The notes beneath the pieces were generated by a model, which saw only the letters and a program-made list of their open reading frames with translations, was not told the DNA's origin and ran no database searches. This document shows positions 39,632 through 49,569 of a stretch of 64,000 nucleotides of DNA, piece after piece. Position 1 is the stretch's first letter. Each line of letters opens with the position of its first letter. The stretch is taken from assembly GCA_963662285.2 (NCBI GenBank), contig CAXXMV010000008.1, forward strand, positions 1,312,001 to 1,376,000, written 5' to 3'. The position numbers were made by a program, and so were the translations under genes. The stretch comes from a bacterium. GTDB taxonomy: Bacteria > Hinthialibacterota > Hinthialibacteria > Hinthialibacterales > Hinthialibacteraceae.

Positions 39632-42600
39632 TTGAGGGCTAACCGCATCCTTTTTGGATTATTACTTACCTCTAGTTATCTATTTACTTCGTTAACATCC
39701 CATTCTCAGGATTTTTCCCGATGGCGCTTTTTAACATCCGAAAACGGTCTAGCAGAATCATGGGTATCCTCAATTACAATCGCGCCTGATGGCGCCGTCT
39801 ATGCTAATCATGGAGATATATTAGAATTTAGCATCTTTGACGGTTTTTCCATCCAAATAAAGAAATCCCCCGTTTCAACTGAGCGAATTTATAAAGATCA
39901 GCAAGATCAACTATGGACCGTCATTCCCGGTGAAAAAGGAGGAATTGCATATTTCAACCAAGAGCGTTGGCAAATATCCCCGATTCTGCAAAAGTCACGG
40001 AGAGATTTTCGTACGCGAATACCTTACTTACCCTGGGAAAACGAATTATTTCTATTATTTCCAGATACGTTACTCCAAACCAACCTGCAGCAAGATGATG
40101 TTTTAATTGTAAAACCATTGGAAGATACGTCTTTGGGACGGTTTAACGATATAAAACTGGTTGATCAATCCACCCTATGGATCGCCGGAGATAATGGATT
40201 GCTGAAATATGATCAAACGGACTGGCAAGAATACCTGATACCGTCTTCTCTAAACATTGGGCAATTGTCAAAACTCTCTTTCAACAAGAATGGCGAAATT
40301 CTGATGATAGGGAAAGATAAAAATACAGGCAAGGTTGATGCCATTCGTTTCAATAATGATAAATGGGAACGATTGAAAGTTGATATCAATGGTCTTTTTG
40401 GAGTTAGTTCCGGCAATGATGATGATATTTGGTATTTAAGCCATACGCCTGAATATTATAAAATTCATCATTCGTCTGATGGAATTCTTCAACTATTAGG
40501 CGAGCATAAAATACTCTCATCCAGAATTACTGATTATGCCGCTGATCCGGAGGGGAAATTCTGGCTGACGACAACTGCCGGATTAGCCTATTACTGCCCT
40601 CCACCCTGGAAACCACTGAGTCAATGGCCGGAAAATAAACCGGCTAATCTACTTTATGAAGATGAACAACAACGCTTATGGATACGAACCACAGATTCCA
40701 TAAACATCTACGATAAAGGCGAAATTACATGTATTCCATTTGGTGATTTAACCAATCAGTATTCTCATCTCTCAGGCGACATTATCAAAATCAACGAGAC
40801 AACCTATTATGTCAGTAATCATCAAGGAAAGTTGATCCAATTCAACCCCCTAACCAATTCGCTTACCTTATCTTCTTTACCAACCAAACGCTTTATCAAT
40901 GAATACTATAAAAGCAAAAACGGAACAATTTATTATTTAACTTACGATGAGGCAACCCAAAAACACCAACTGGCTTCATTAACAAGCGATGGAGTTTTTA
41001 CAGAACATGATAATACGATTGATTTCAATAATACAGGTAATTTTACCTGTATGCTTGATACCAGGAAATATGGCCTTCTAATCGCGGGGAACAAACGAAT
41101 AACTGCGATTCGCAATGATGAAGATGTGCAAAAACTAGTCAGTTCATATCCTGGCCGGGGAGCATTCTCGCTTCTCGAGTTTGATGATGGCCGAATCTGG
41201 TTCGGGGAACGCGACTGTATACTTGAGTATGATGGCTTAGAATGGAAATATATCCGAAAAACCGGGCTAGAAACAGTACGTTCTATGATCCAGGCCTCGG
41301 ATGGATCGATTTGGATTGGCTCTGGTAATGGGCTTCATCATTACTGGAAAGGAAGTTGGATTAAAAATGATAAATTTGACGGTTTACCAGACACGTCAAT
41401 CTCAAATGTTTTTCAAGATTCGTTAAATACTCTTTGGGTTGCGACAAGTTTAGGGATTTATTATTTTGATGGAGATGTAGATCAACAAACTCCGGATACC
41501 TTTATTCTACCAAATAGCAATCCACAAGAAATCCTGGTCAATACCGATTCCTTCATCTCGTTTTCCGGCCAAGATAAATGGAATTTCACCCTCGCGGATC
41601 ATTTAAAATACGCCTTCCGTTTTGATCAACAATCCTGGGGTGAATATCTCTCAGAAACGAAGGCCTCCACCGCGCATTTACTACCGGGGAAACATACTAT
41701 CCAGGTTAAGTCAATTGACCGCTGTATGAATATCGATCCCACCCCCGCTCTCTTTTCTTTTACCATCAAGAATCCATGGTACAAAGAAACCAAAGCGCTT
41801 GTGATGTTTGTTATCGGATCAATTCTACTTGGCATATCATCCATTTACGCAATCCATCGCCACATAATGCTGCATCATTTGGTAAATCAAAGAACCCTAG
41901 AACTTTCCAATACTAATACTGAACTCAAAGATGAAATCGCAATACGTCAAGAAATTGAAGATAAACTACGCCGCCTACGCAACTACCTGTCCAACATTAT
42001 CGACTCCATGCCTTCCCTGCTTATCGGCGTGGACGTCCATGGTAAAGTGACTCAGTGGAACAAAATAGCAGAACAAACCACGGGGATCACTTCCGCAGCT
42101 GCGCAGGGAAAAACCCTCTCTGATGTGTTTCCTCATATGGCTTCAGAGATGGAAAAAATAGCCGAAAGCATCCGCTCACGGGAAACCAAACGTGAACAGA
42201 AAAAATTTCATTTGTCCAAAAAAGGCGCACGCTATGAAGACGTGACCATTTACCCCCTAATCGCCAATGGTGTGGAAGGCGCTGTTATCCGCATTGACGA
42301 TGTGACCGACAAGGTACGCATGGAAGAGATGATGATTCAGAGCGAGAAGATGCTTTCAGTTGGTGGACTGGCAGCGGGAATGGCGCATGAGATAAACAAT
42401 CCCCTGGCCGGGATGATGCAGACCGCTGAGGTCATGAGAAATCGGCTTACTAATATAGAGTTGCCCGCCAATCACCGGGCCGCCGGAGAAGTCGGAACCT
42501 CAATGGAAACCATCCGCGCCTTTATGGAAAAGCGCGATGTGCCGGATATGCTGGATCGTATCAATGAATCGGGCAAACGCGCCGCCGTAATTGTAGCGAA

Positions 42601-43138
42601 TATGCTCAGTTTCGCCCGTAAGAGCGGCTCATCTTTCTCAATCCACAACCTGGCCGAACTGCTTGATAATACCGTGGATCTGGCTGGCAGCGACTATAAC
42701 CTGAAGAAGAAATTCGATTTCCGCCAAATAGAAATCGTCCGCGAATACGAAGACGACCTGCCCTTTGCGCCGTGCGAGTCTAGCAAAATCCAGCAGGTGT
42801 TCTTGAACATACTACGCAATGGCGCCGAAGCCATGCATGAAAAAATGGAAAAGGATATTGGCAAGAAGCCTCGATTCATTCTGCGACTGAAACACGAGCG
42901 TGAAACAGCGATGATCCGCATTGAGATCGAAGACAACGGTTCGGGCATGGACGAGGCTACCCGCAAACGCGTTTTCGAACCATTCTTCACCACCAAACCA
43001 CCAGACCAAGGCGCCGGCCTGGGCCTGAGCGTGTCCTATTTCATCATCACCGAAAACCATGGCGGCGAAATGAGCGTTGAGTCCACTCTGGGACAGGGAA
43101 CTCAATTCGTTATCCGTCTGCCAAATAAACTTAAGTAA
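39632..43138 (+). CDS. Sensor histidine kinase with extracellular beta-propeller/Y_Y_Y-like region, TM, PAS, HisKA-HATPase
   Basis: GL-x-x-S-x-V/I and D-x-x-G-x-I/L-W propeller repeats, LLPGKHTIQVKSID, AHEINNPLA, and GAGLGL. Confidence 0.9.
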   Translation: MRANRILFGLLLTSSYLFTSLTSHSQDFSRWRFLTSENGLAESWVSSITIAPDGAVYANHGDILEFSIFDGFSIQIKKSPVSTERIYKDQQDQLWTVIPGEKGGIAYFNQERWQISPILQKSRRDFRTRIPYLPWENELFLLFPDTLLQTNLQQDDVLIVKPLEDTSLGRFNDIKLVDQSTLWIAGDNGLLKYDQTDWQEYLIPSSLNIGQLSKLSFNKNGEILMIGKDKNTGKVDAIRFNNDKWERLKVDINGLFGVSSGNDDDIWYLSHTPEYYKIHHSSDGILQLLGEHKILSSRITDYAADPEGKFWLTTTAGLAYYCPPPWKPLSQWPENKPANLLYEDEQQRLWIRTTDSINIYDKGEITCIPFGDLTNQYSHLSGDIIKINETTYYVSNHQGKLIQFNPLTNSLTLSSLPTKRFINEYYKSKNGTIYYLTYDEATQKHQLASLTSDGVFTEHDNTIDFNNTGNFTCMLDTRKYGLLIAGNKRITAIRNDEDVQKLVSSYPGRGAFSLLEFDDGRIWFGERDCILEYDGLEWKYIRKTGLETVRSMIQASDGSIWIGSGNGLHHYWKGSWIKNDKFDGLPDTSISNVFQDSLNTLWVATSLGIYYFDGDVDQQTPDTFILPNSNPQEILVNTDSFISFSGQDKWNFTLADHLKYAFRFDQQSWGEYLSETKASTAHLLPGKHTIQVKSIDRCMNIDPTPALFSFTIKNPWYKETKALVMFVIGSILLGISSIYAIHRHIMLHHLVNQRTLELSNTNTELKDEIAIRQEIEDKLRRLRNYLSNIIDSMPSLLIGVDVHGKVTQWNKIAEQTTGITSAAAQGKTLSDVFPHMASEMEKIAESIRSRETKREQKKFHLSKKGARYEDVTIYPLIANGVEGAVIRIDDVTDKVRMEEMMIQSEKMLSVGGLAAGMAHEINNPLAGMMQTAEVMRNRLTNIELPANHRAAGEVGTSMETIRAFMEKRDVPDMLDRINESGKRAAVIVANMLSFARKSGSSFSIHNLAELLDNTVDLAGSDYNLKKKFDFRQIEIVREYEDDLPFAPCESSKIQQVFLNILRNGAEAMHEKMEKDIGKKPRFILRLKHERETAMIRIEIEDNGSGMDEATRKRVFEPFFTTKPPDQGAGLGLSVSYFIITENHGGEMSVESTLGQGTQFVIRLPNKLK

Positions 43139-43265
43139 TTGCCATAATAATGTACTGATGAGAGCGTCGTATGACTTATAAAGAACAAGAAAATTGGTAG
43201 TGAATTGACTATTCACCTGGTAATCTCTTGGCTTTACCAATGGCTGCGATAAAGGAGCATGGATC

Positions 43266-46200
43266 ATGAAGCCCAACAAGAACTATCTTAAATTCGGAAT
43301 TTTGCAATTTATTCCGCGATCAATATGGCTTGTGATAGTTTACATGGCGCTGTTCTTGGCCTTCTGTTCTACAATATATATAGTCGCAAGAACTTATGTG
43401 ATTAACAAAGCAGAACAAGAGATTGAGGATCTGCTGCTGCAACACCGGGGTATTCACCAATACATCCAACGAAACATGCATCCCGAACTCTACCGCCTAC
43501 AAGATGCTGGCGAAATTCTCCAGTCGGTTTATTCTCCTGTCCTGTTTTCTTCTTCTTACATGGTTCGAAATATACATAACTATTTCAATGAAGAACAAGA
43601 AAAAGCCGGTCTAGACAAGATATATTACAAGATGGCGGCTGATAATCCACGCAATCCAGTTAATAAAGCAGACCCGAAAGAACAGCAGATTTTACGGATG
43701 TTTAATGAGAACCGGGAACTAACCGAATACCGGGATATCGTTGAGATTGACGGTCGGTTGTATCTACAGTTGGCGCTCCCTTTTCTGACTACAAACAAGG
43801 ATTGCCTGAAGTGCCACGGTCGACGCGAGGATGCGCCTTCACAACTGCAAGACCTATATAAAAGCATGGGCGGCTTTGGAGATAAAGTAGGCAACATTCG
43901 GGCTATTGAGTCGATCCGGGCGCCATTGGATGATAGACTTAACATGGCGAACATCGTACTAATAGCCGCCGGCATTATCGGTCTTGGTTTTATGGCCCTG
44001 GTAGGGCTTAATTATCGGCTGCGGTCAATGGTCGCCATTCAAACAGGTAAGTTGCAAGATAGTGAAGAAAAATTTCGGGCAGCGTTCGAATCGGCGCAGG
44101 ATTGTATCCTGATCTGGGATAAGGATTATAACTACGTTTATGCAAACCAGGCTGCTATCAATCATGTTGGTACAACACGGGATAAAGTTATAGGCAAGAA
44201 CATCCGCGATGGTTTGGGGCATATTCCAGATTTCATGCATCTTTGGATGGACCGCATCGACCAGGTTTTTGAAACAGAGAAAGGTTGTTTGGTCCAGGAT
44301 GAAACAACAATAAAAGATAAACATTATTTCACAGAGTCGGTCATCACTCCTATATGCAAAGAGGATGGTAAAGTAACAGCGGTGTGTGTAGTATACCGCG
44401 ACGTCACCGAGCGCAAACAAGCGGAGAAGGAACTAGCCGCTTTCAACAAGGCCATGGTAGGGCGTGAGAAACGAATACTGGAAATGAAGCGCAAAGTGAA
44501 TGAACTCTCTTCTGAACTAGGCAGAGAACCAGTATACGACGAGAAGACCAGTGTGAATGATGATATAGAGTCACAGAAAGAATGGGATAAGGAATCAGAG
44601 CATAACTCAGATATTGGGGACATCAAACTCATAAACAGGTTCGATATGGATGCGCTTAAACATGTCTTCGAGAGTTTCTGTGATTCGGTGGGCGTTGCAT
44701 CAGCTATAATCGACCTGGATGGAAACATAATAATCAGCGCCAATTGGCAGCGTATATGCACGGATTTCCACCGCGTGAATGAGAACAGCTGCCTCAGGTG
44801 CATCAAGAGCGACACTGAACTAGCTAATCTTCTCAAGGAAAGGAAAAAGTACTCGCTATACAAGTGCCAAAACAGTATGACTGATGCTGCATCCCCCATA
44901 ATAATAGAGGGACATCACGTAGCTAACGCATTTATCGGACAATTTCACACCAGCGATCCGGATGAGAAGGTATTCCACGCTCAGGCGATTGAATTTGGAT
45001 TTGACGAGGAGGACTATTTACGCGCTCTCCACGAGGCTCCGATTATATCAGAGGAAAAACTTCCATCCATACTGAATTTTCTTACCAGCATTGCAGAGGT
45101 ATCGGGCATAATGTACCTTGACAAGTCGCGTGCAGAGAAGACCTCATTATCTCTTCAAGGGAAACAGTCAGACCTCAAGGCGCAACGACAGGCCGCCCTG
45201 AGCCTCATGGAGGATGCAAGACGGGCAGAGGATGATCTAAGGCGCCTACGCAACTACTTGTCCAACATCATCGACTCAATGCCCTCTATTCTGGTGGGCG
45301 TGGACACAGAAGGGAATGTGACGCAGTGGAATTCCAAAGCCGTACAGGTCACCAGTATTTCGCAAAAAGAAGCTGTCGGTCAACCATTGGAACAGGTCTT
45401 CCCACGCTTGACTAAAGAAATGAGACGAGTACATGAGGCTATACAAAGCCGCAAAACTCTATTAAATCGCAAGCAGATCCACAAGGAAAACAACGAGACG
45501 CGTTATGAAGATTTAACTATCTATCCCCTGATCGCCAACGGAGTTGAAGGCGCAGTAATTCGGGTGGATGACGTAACAGAGCGAGTAAGAATTGAAGAGA
45601 TGATGGTGCAAAGCGAGAAAATGTTATCGGTGGGCGGACTGGCTGCGGGAATGGCGCACGAGATCAACAATCCTCTGGCTGGCATGATACAGACAGCCGA
45701 TGTAATGAGAAATCGTCTTACTAATATGGAATTACCATCCAATCAACTAGCCGCCCAAAAAGCGGGAATATCGATGGAGGCTATTAACGCTTTCATGAAA
45801 GATCGTGACGTACCGGAGATGCTGGAGCGCATACACGAATCAGGCAAACGAGCAGCGGAGATTGTATCGAACATGCTCAGCTTCGCCCGCAAGAGCGACT
45901 CCTCTTCCTCTACCCACAATCTGGCTGAACTACTCGACCAAACCGTAGACTTGGCCGGCAGCGACTATGACCTGAAGAAGAAATTCGATTTCCGCCAGAT
46001 CGAAATCATCCGCGAATACGAAGATGTCCTGCCTCTTACGCCATGCGAATCAAGTAAAATACAGCAGGTGCTGCTCAACATCCTACGCAATGGCGCCGAG
46101 GCCATGCAGAAGGAGATGAATAATAACCGAGAATTGGATAAAAAGCCTCATTTCATTCTACGACTGGCGCACGAGCGTGAGGCAGGGATGATCCGCATTG

Positions 46201-46409
46201 AGATCGAAGACAACGGTTCGGGCATGGACGAGGCTACCCGTAAACGCGTTTTCGAGCCATTCTTTACTACCAAGCCAACCAACCAAGGCACTGGCCTGGG
46301 CCTGAGCGTATCCTACTTTATCATAACTGAAAACCACGGCGGTGAAATGAGCGTCGAATCCACTATCGGCGAGGGAACCAAGTTTATCATCCGCCTGCCA
46401 TTGGAATGA
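43266..46409 (+). CDS. Sensor histidine kinase with periplasmic heme-c (DUF3365/Tll0287-like) domain, PAS, PocR, PAS, HisKA-HATPase
   Basis: NPRNPVNKAD and CLKCH; PocR-like ICTDFHR...CIKSD...YKCQNSMTDAASPI...FIGQF; AHEINNPLA; GTGLGL. Confidence 0.9.
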   Translation: MKPNKNYLKFGILQFIPRSIWLVIVYMALFLAFCSTIYIVARTYVINKAEQEIEDLLLQHRGIHQYIQRNMHPELYRLQDAGEILQSVYSPVLFSSSYMVRNIHNYFNEEQEKAGLDKIYYKMAADNPRNPVNKADPKEQQILRMFNENRELTEYRDIVEIDGRLYLQLALPFLTTNKDCLKCHGRREDAPSQLQDLYKSMGGFGDKVGNIRAIESIRAPLDDRLNMANIVLIAAGIIGLGFMALVGLNYRLRSMVAIQTGKLQDSEEKFRAAFESAQDCILIWDKDYNYVYANQAAINHVGTTRDKVIGKNIRDGLGHIPDFMHLWMDRIDQVFETEKGCLVQDETTIKDKHYFTESVITPICKEDGKVTAVCVVYRDVTERKQAEKELAAFNKAMVGREKRILEMKRKVNELSSELGREPVYDEKTSVNDDIESQKEWDKESEHNSDIGDIKLINRFDMDALKHVFESFCDSVGVASAIIDLDGNIIISANWQRICTDFHRVNENSCLRCIKSDTELANLLKERKKYSLYKCQNSMTDAASPIIIEGHHVANAFIGQFHTSDPDEKVFHAQAIEFGFDEEDYLRALHEAPIISEEKLPSILNFLTSIAEVSGIMYLDKSRAEKTSLSLQGKQSDLKAQRQAALSLMEDARRAEDDLRRLRNYLSNIIDSMPSILVGVDTEGNVTQWNSKAVQVTSISQKEAVGQPLEQVFPRLTKEMRRVHEAIQSRKTLLNRKQIHKENNETRYEDLTIYPLIANGVEGAVIRVDDVTERVRIEEMMVQSEKMLSVGGLAAGMAHEINNPLAGMIQTADVMRNRLTNMELPSNQLAAQKAGISMEAINAFMKDRDVPEMLERIHESGKRAAEIVSNMLSFARKSDSSSSTHNLAELLDQTVDLAGSDYDLKKKFDFRQIEIIREYEDVLPLTPCESSKIQQVLLNILRNGAEAMQKEMNNNRELDKKPHFILRLAHEREAGMIRIEIEDNGSGMDEATRKRVFEPFFTTKPTNQGTGLGLSVSYFIITENHGGEMSVESTIGEGTKFIIRLPLE

Positions 46410-46701
46410 TAAGATATCAATGCAACTCCCAACCACCCACCGAACTTTCCCATAGTAAAGTAGATGAAGCATCTACGATCACCGCTTGGCCGTCCAGGCC
46501 GGATTGGATGCCATCGCCGTCGATCACGTCCGGCAAACCATCAATCAAAGTTCAGCCAATATACTTTTTATCCCTTGCGTAAATTATAATGAAAAACATT
46601 TCCAATTCATTCTCCATGAGTTTGCATATCAGACAAAGCATTATGAGTTTCATAGTAATTTAACTGATCAATCCAATGCCGCATACCTGAAATGCTTGTT
46701 A

Positions 46702-47685
46702 CTATAAATCTTTTACCATTTCTCTAATTTCATCAAATTTACACCCGGCAAGAAATTTTCCATAATCGGTGAATGCGCCTTTGGATATATTGCGCCATGC
46801 AGACCAGGCGTTCCCTGTTTGGCCATACATCTCCAGTTGTTTGGAGACTAGCGCTGATTCGGCATCAATAAATTTCTGACGGGTTATGGCATCCCACTTG
46901 GGCATTTGCTTCGCCAATTCAGCCAACCTCTCGACGATGGTCAGCGTCAATTTCTCGCCATCCTTTTGAGACGCGTATTTTTTAGGATCGCGGCCGTACA
47001 CTCCTTTGTGCGGAGATTCCCCTAATTGATCCAAATCAACACTGCCCGGATAGAGATGCATCATCAGTGAGGTCTCACCCCAGGCCGCGTGATCGCCGGT
47101 ATAACTGTCATCAAGCGCCAACATATATTCCGGAGTCCCCAGTACAGGCGCTCCCAGAGCACGGCTCATACGCACCGCCGCCTCGCGCACGATTATCTGC
47201 TGTCCGGCGCCGTAATGCCCGGTCAACATTATGACCGCCTTGAAACCCTGTCGCACCGCTTCTCGGCAAAGTTGTTCGATCCAGGGACGGACAAGCGTGG
47301 AATGGGTTTCGTTTTCCGCTTCCATCACGAATGTATGCGGCTGCTCAAGTCCGCCAATACCTCCGTATAATGGCGGCGCCACCAGACCACCCGATTGCTG
47401 TGCGGCCAGCACGCAAAGGCGATGCGCCTTGAGTGCATCAACTCCGACATTATTATGATACCCATGCCATTCAATTGTTCCTAAAGGTTGATAGAGAATA
47501 GGCAGTTCTTCCATCGCTGCTTCAATCTCACGCGGCGCCAGATATTCCAACCGTACTTCGCGCACCTTATTTTCTTCAGAAGCAGATTCATCTATTTTCG
47601 AGTTTGCAGTCGCACCCACCAAAACGCCGCCCGCGACTGCGCTCCCGATAAACGCCCTTCGACCCGTAGGTTTCTCCTTCTTCAC
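46702..47685 (-). CDS. Creatininase-family amidohydrolase with Tat-like signal
   Basis: GRRAFIG; GTIEWHGYH..GVD, TGHYG and DHAAWGETS metal-binding motifs. Confidence 0.85.
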   Translation of the reverse strand: MKKEKPTGRRAFIGSAVAGGVLVGATANSKIDESASEENKVREVRLEYLAPREIEAAMEELPILYQPLGTIEWHGYHNNVGVDALKAHRLCVLAAQQSGGLVAPPLYGGIGGLEQPHTFVMEAENETHSTLVRPWIEQLCREAVRQGFKAVIMLTGHYGAGQQIIVREAAVRMSRALGAPVLGTPEYMLALDDSYTGDHAAWGETSLMMHLYPGSVDLDQLGESPHKGVYGRDPKKYASQKDGEKLTLTIVERLAELAKQMPKWDAITRQKFIDAESALVSKQLEMYGQTGNAWSAWRNISKGAFTDYGKFLAGCKFDEIREMVKDL

Positions 47686-47794
47686 TTTCTCTTCCTTTGG
47701 TAATTAGAATTAGTTTTCATTTTAATAATGGGTATAATATCGTAATCATGTCACAAATTGGCGTAATAGCCACAGCCGCCATACATCATTGGTC

Positions 47795-49159
47795 TTATTT
47801 CTGATCGACATCCTTCTCCCACTTGGATAAATCTGATAGCAGTTTTTTCATTAGTTCCGGGTGTTTTAAGGCAACATCATTTTCTTCGCTTATGTCTTGA
47901 TCCAGGTTAAATAATTCGGGTGAGCCATTTTTAATCCAGACCATTTTCCAGGAACCTTGACGCACGGCCCGGTCTCCATCTTTTCTAAAAAATAGAGTGC
48001 GTTGCGGCATGGATTTGTTATGGAAGAGAACAGGGCCTATCGTTGTGCCATCAATGGCATGTGAACTTTGGGGATCTGGTGGAATGGCGCCGACTAATTC
48101 GAGATAGGTTGGCATAATATCCATCGTCATGGCTGTTTCATGGGTAACGCTACCCGGTTTGATTCGACCGGGCCAGCGTGCGATAGTGGGAACCCGGTGG
48201 CCGCCTTCATAGAGATCGACTTTCTGTCCGCGTAGAACTCCATTATCAGAGACCTCGCCCTGGTGATGTCCTGCATAATGGCGATAGCCGCCGTTATCTG
48301 AAGTGAAGAAAACGAAGGTATCATCATCCAAATCATATTGCTTCAAAGCGGCAAGAATTTTTCCTACGCTTTTATCCACCTCTTCGATCATGTGCTTGAC
48401 AACTTTGGTGACGTCTTTGTGGGTGCCGAGTTTGGTAAGATTGTCATAGTTACCATTCTCTTTGCGGTAAGCGGAATCTGTGGATGTCATCCAGGGAAAA
48501 TGAATTGCTGAATGGGGAACATAGAGAAAAAAAGGCTCATCCCTATGTTGTTTGATAAAATCAACAGCATGATCAGTAATCAGGTGCGTATTATAACCTT
48601 CTTCAGGCGCCAGTTTGTCATTATGCCACCAGTCTACCAAACCCCAACGGTTAACATGAGAATGATAATCCTGCGCACTATGGAGATGACCACGGAATTC
48701 GTTAAAACCATGCTGGATGGGATTGTCGCTGGGTTGGGTTCCGAGATGCCACTTGCCGAAAATTCCTGTTGTATAACCAGACTCTTGCAGACGGGATGCT
48801 ATAGTGATTTCGTTGACGATGCCCAGACCTCTGCCATTTTGGCCGATAGGGCCTTCGATGCCCATGCGTTGTTGATAGCGTCCAGTCAATAACGCCGCTC
48901 TGGTGGGCGAGCATACCGGACCATTGGAATGAAAGTCGGTAAAACGCAATCCCTCTTGCGCCATGCGGTCGAGGTTGGGCGTTCGATTGATTTTATTGCC
49001 ATAGCATCCGATGTCGCCATAACCCAGGTCGTCAGCTACGATAAGAACGATATTAGGCTTCTTCTTGGCAGAGCAAACTTGCGGTAATGCTAATGCGGCG
49101 GAGGACAAAAGCGCTGATTTAATAAAATGACGGCGGGTTTGAGTTTGCGTGTACTCCAT
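47795..49159 (-). CDS. Tat-exported arylsulfatase-family (S1) sulfatase
   Basis: TRRHFIK; PNIVLIVADDLG; CSPTRAALLTGR formylglycine motif; GKWHLG; SDNG. Confidence 0.92.
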   Translation of the reverse strand: MEYTQTQTRRHFIKSALLSSAALALPQVCSAKKKPNIVLIVADDLGYGDIGCYGNKINRTPNLDRMAQEGLRFTDFHSNGPVCSPTRAALLTGRYQQRMGIEGPIGQNGRGLGIVNEITIASRLQESGYTTGIFGKWHLGTQPSDNPIQHGFNEFRGHLHSAQDYHSHVNRWGLVDWWHNDKLAPEEGYNTHLITDHAVDFIKQHRDEPFFLYVPHSAIHFPWMTSTDSAYRKENGNYDNLTKLGTHKDVTKVVKHMIEEVDKSVGKILAALKQYDLDDDTFVFFTSDNGGYRHYAGHHQGEVSDNGVLRGQKVDLYEGGHRVPTIARWPGRIKPGSVTHETAMTMDIMPTYLELVGAIPPDPQSSHAIDGTTIGPVLFHNKSMPQRTLFFRKDGDRAVRQGSWKMVWIKNGSPELFNLDQDISEENDVALKHPELMKKLLSDLSKWEKDVDQK

Positions 49160-49364
49160 TGGATTCCCCCCTGGCAAAATGATATTGATGTATGCTGAAT
49201 ATATTAATACAATTAATTGCCCGTCAATAGGTGATTAATCTCCATTCATGTTATGATTGCTGTGCTATTATAATTTGAATAGATTAATTGTTGGAACATA
49301 GCAGGATTAATAATAGACAAATGAATAGTGATTATTCGGTTGTGAGTACTTTGTAATTATTTTT

Positions 49365-49503
49365 TGTCTGAATCTGGATAACCAGGATTTACAGGATAGA
49401 CAGGATTTTTTATCATTGGTGTTTTTTTTCTATTTTTTATAATCGGGTTATCCGGGGCGCCTATCATGTGCATCCTTTCATCCTGGAAATCCTGATTCAG
49501 ACA
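49365..49503. repeat. Inverted-repeat element (TGTCTGAATC...GATTCAGACA) with internal CAGGAT/ATCCTG repeats; MITE/REP-like
   Basis: Left arm TGTCTGAATCTGGATAACCAGGATTTACAGGATAGACAGGAT; right arm CATCCTTTCATCCTGGAAATCCTGATTCAGACA. Confidence 0.65.
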
Positions 49504-49569
49504 TTTATTTATTCTATTTCAATTAGTGAGTATTGAAATATACCCAATCGCTTTAAGGAGCCTTAGCGC

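Noticed and set aside
46486-46707. 73-aa ORF between the kinase and the creatininase gene
   Set aside because: TTG start without a clear RBS and no motif; possibly a gene remnant but not supportable.
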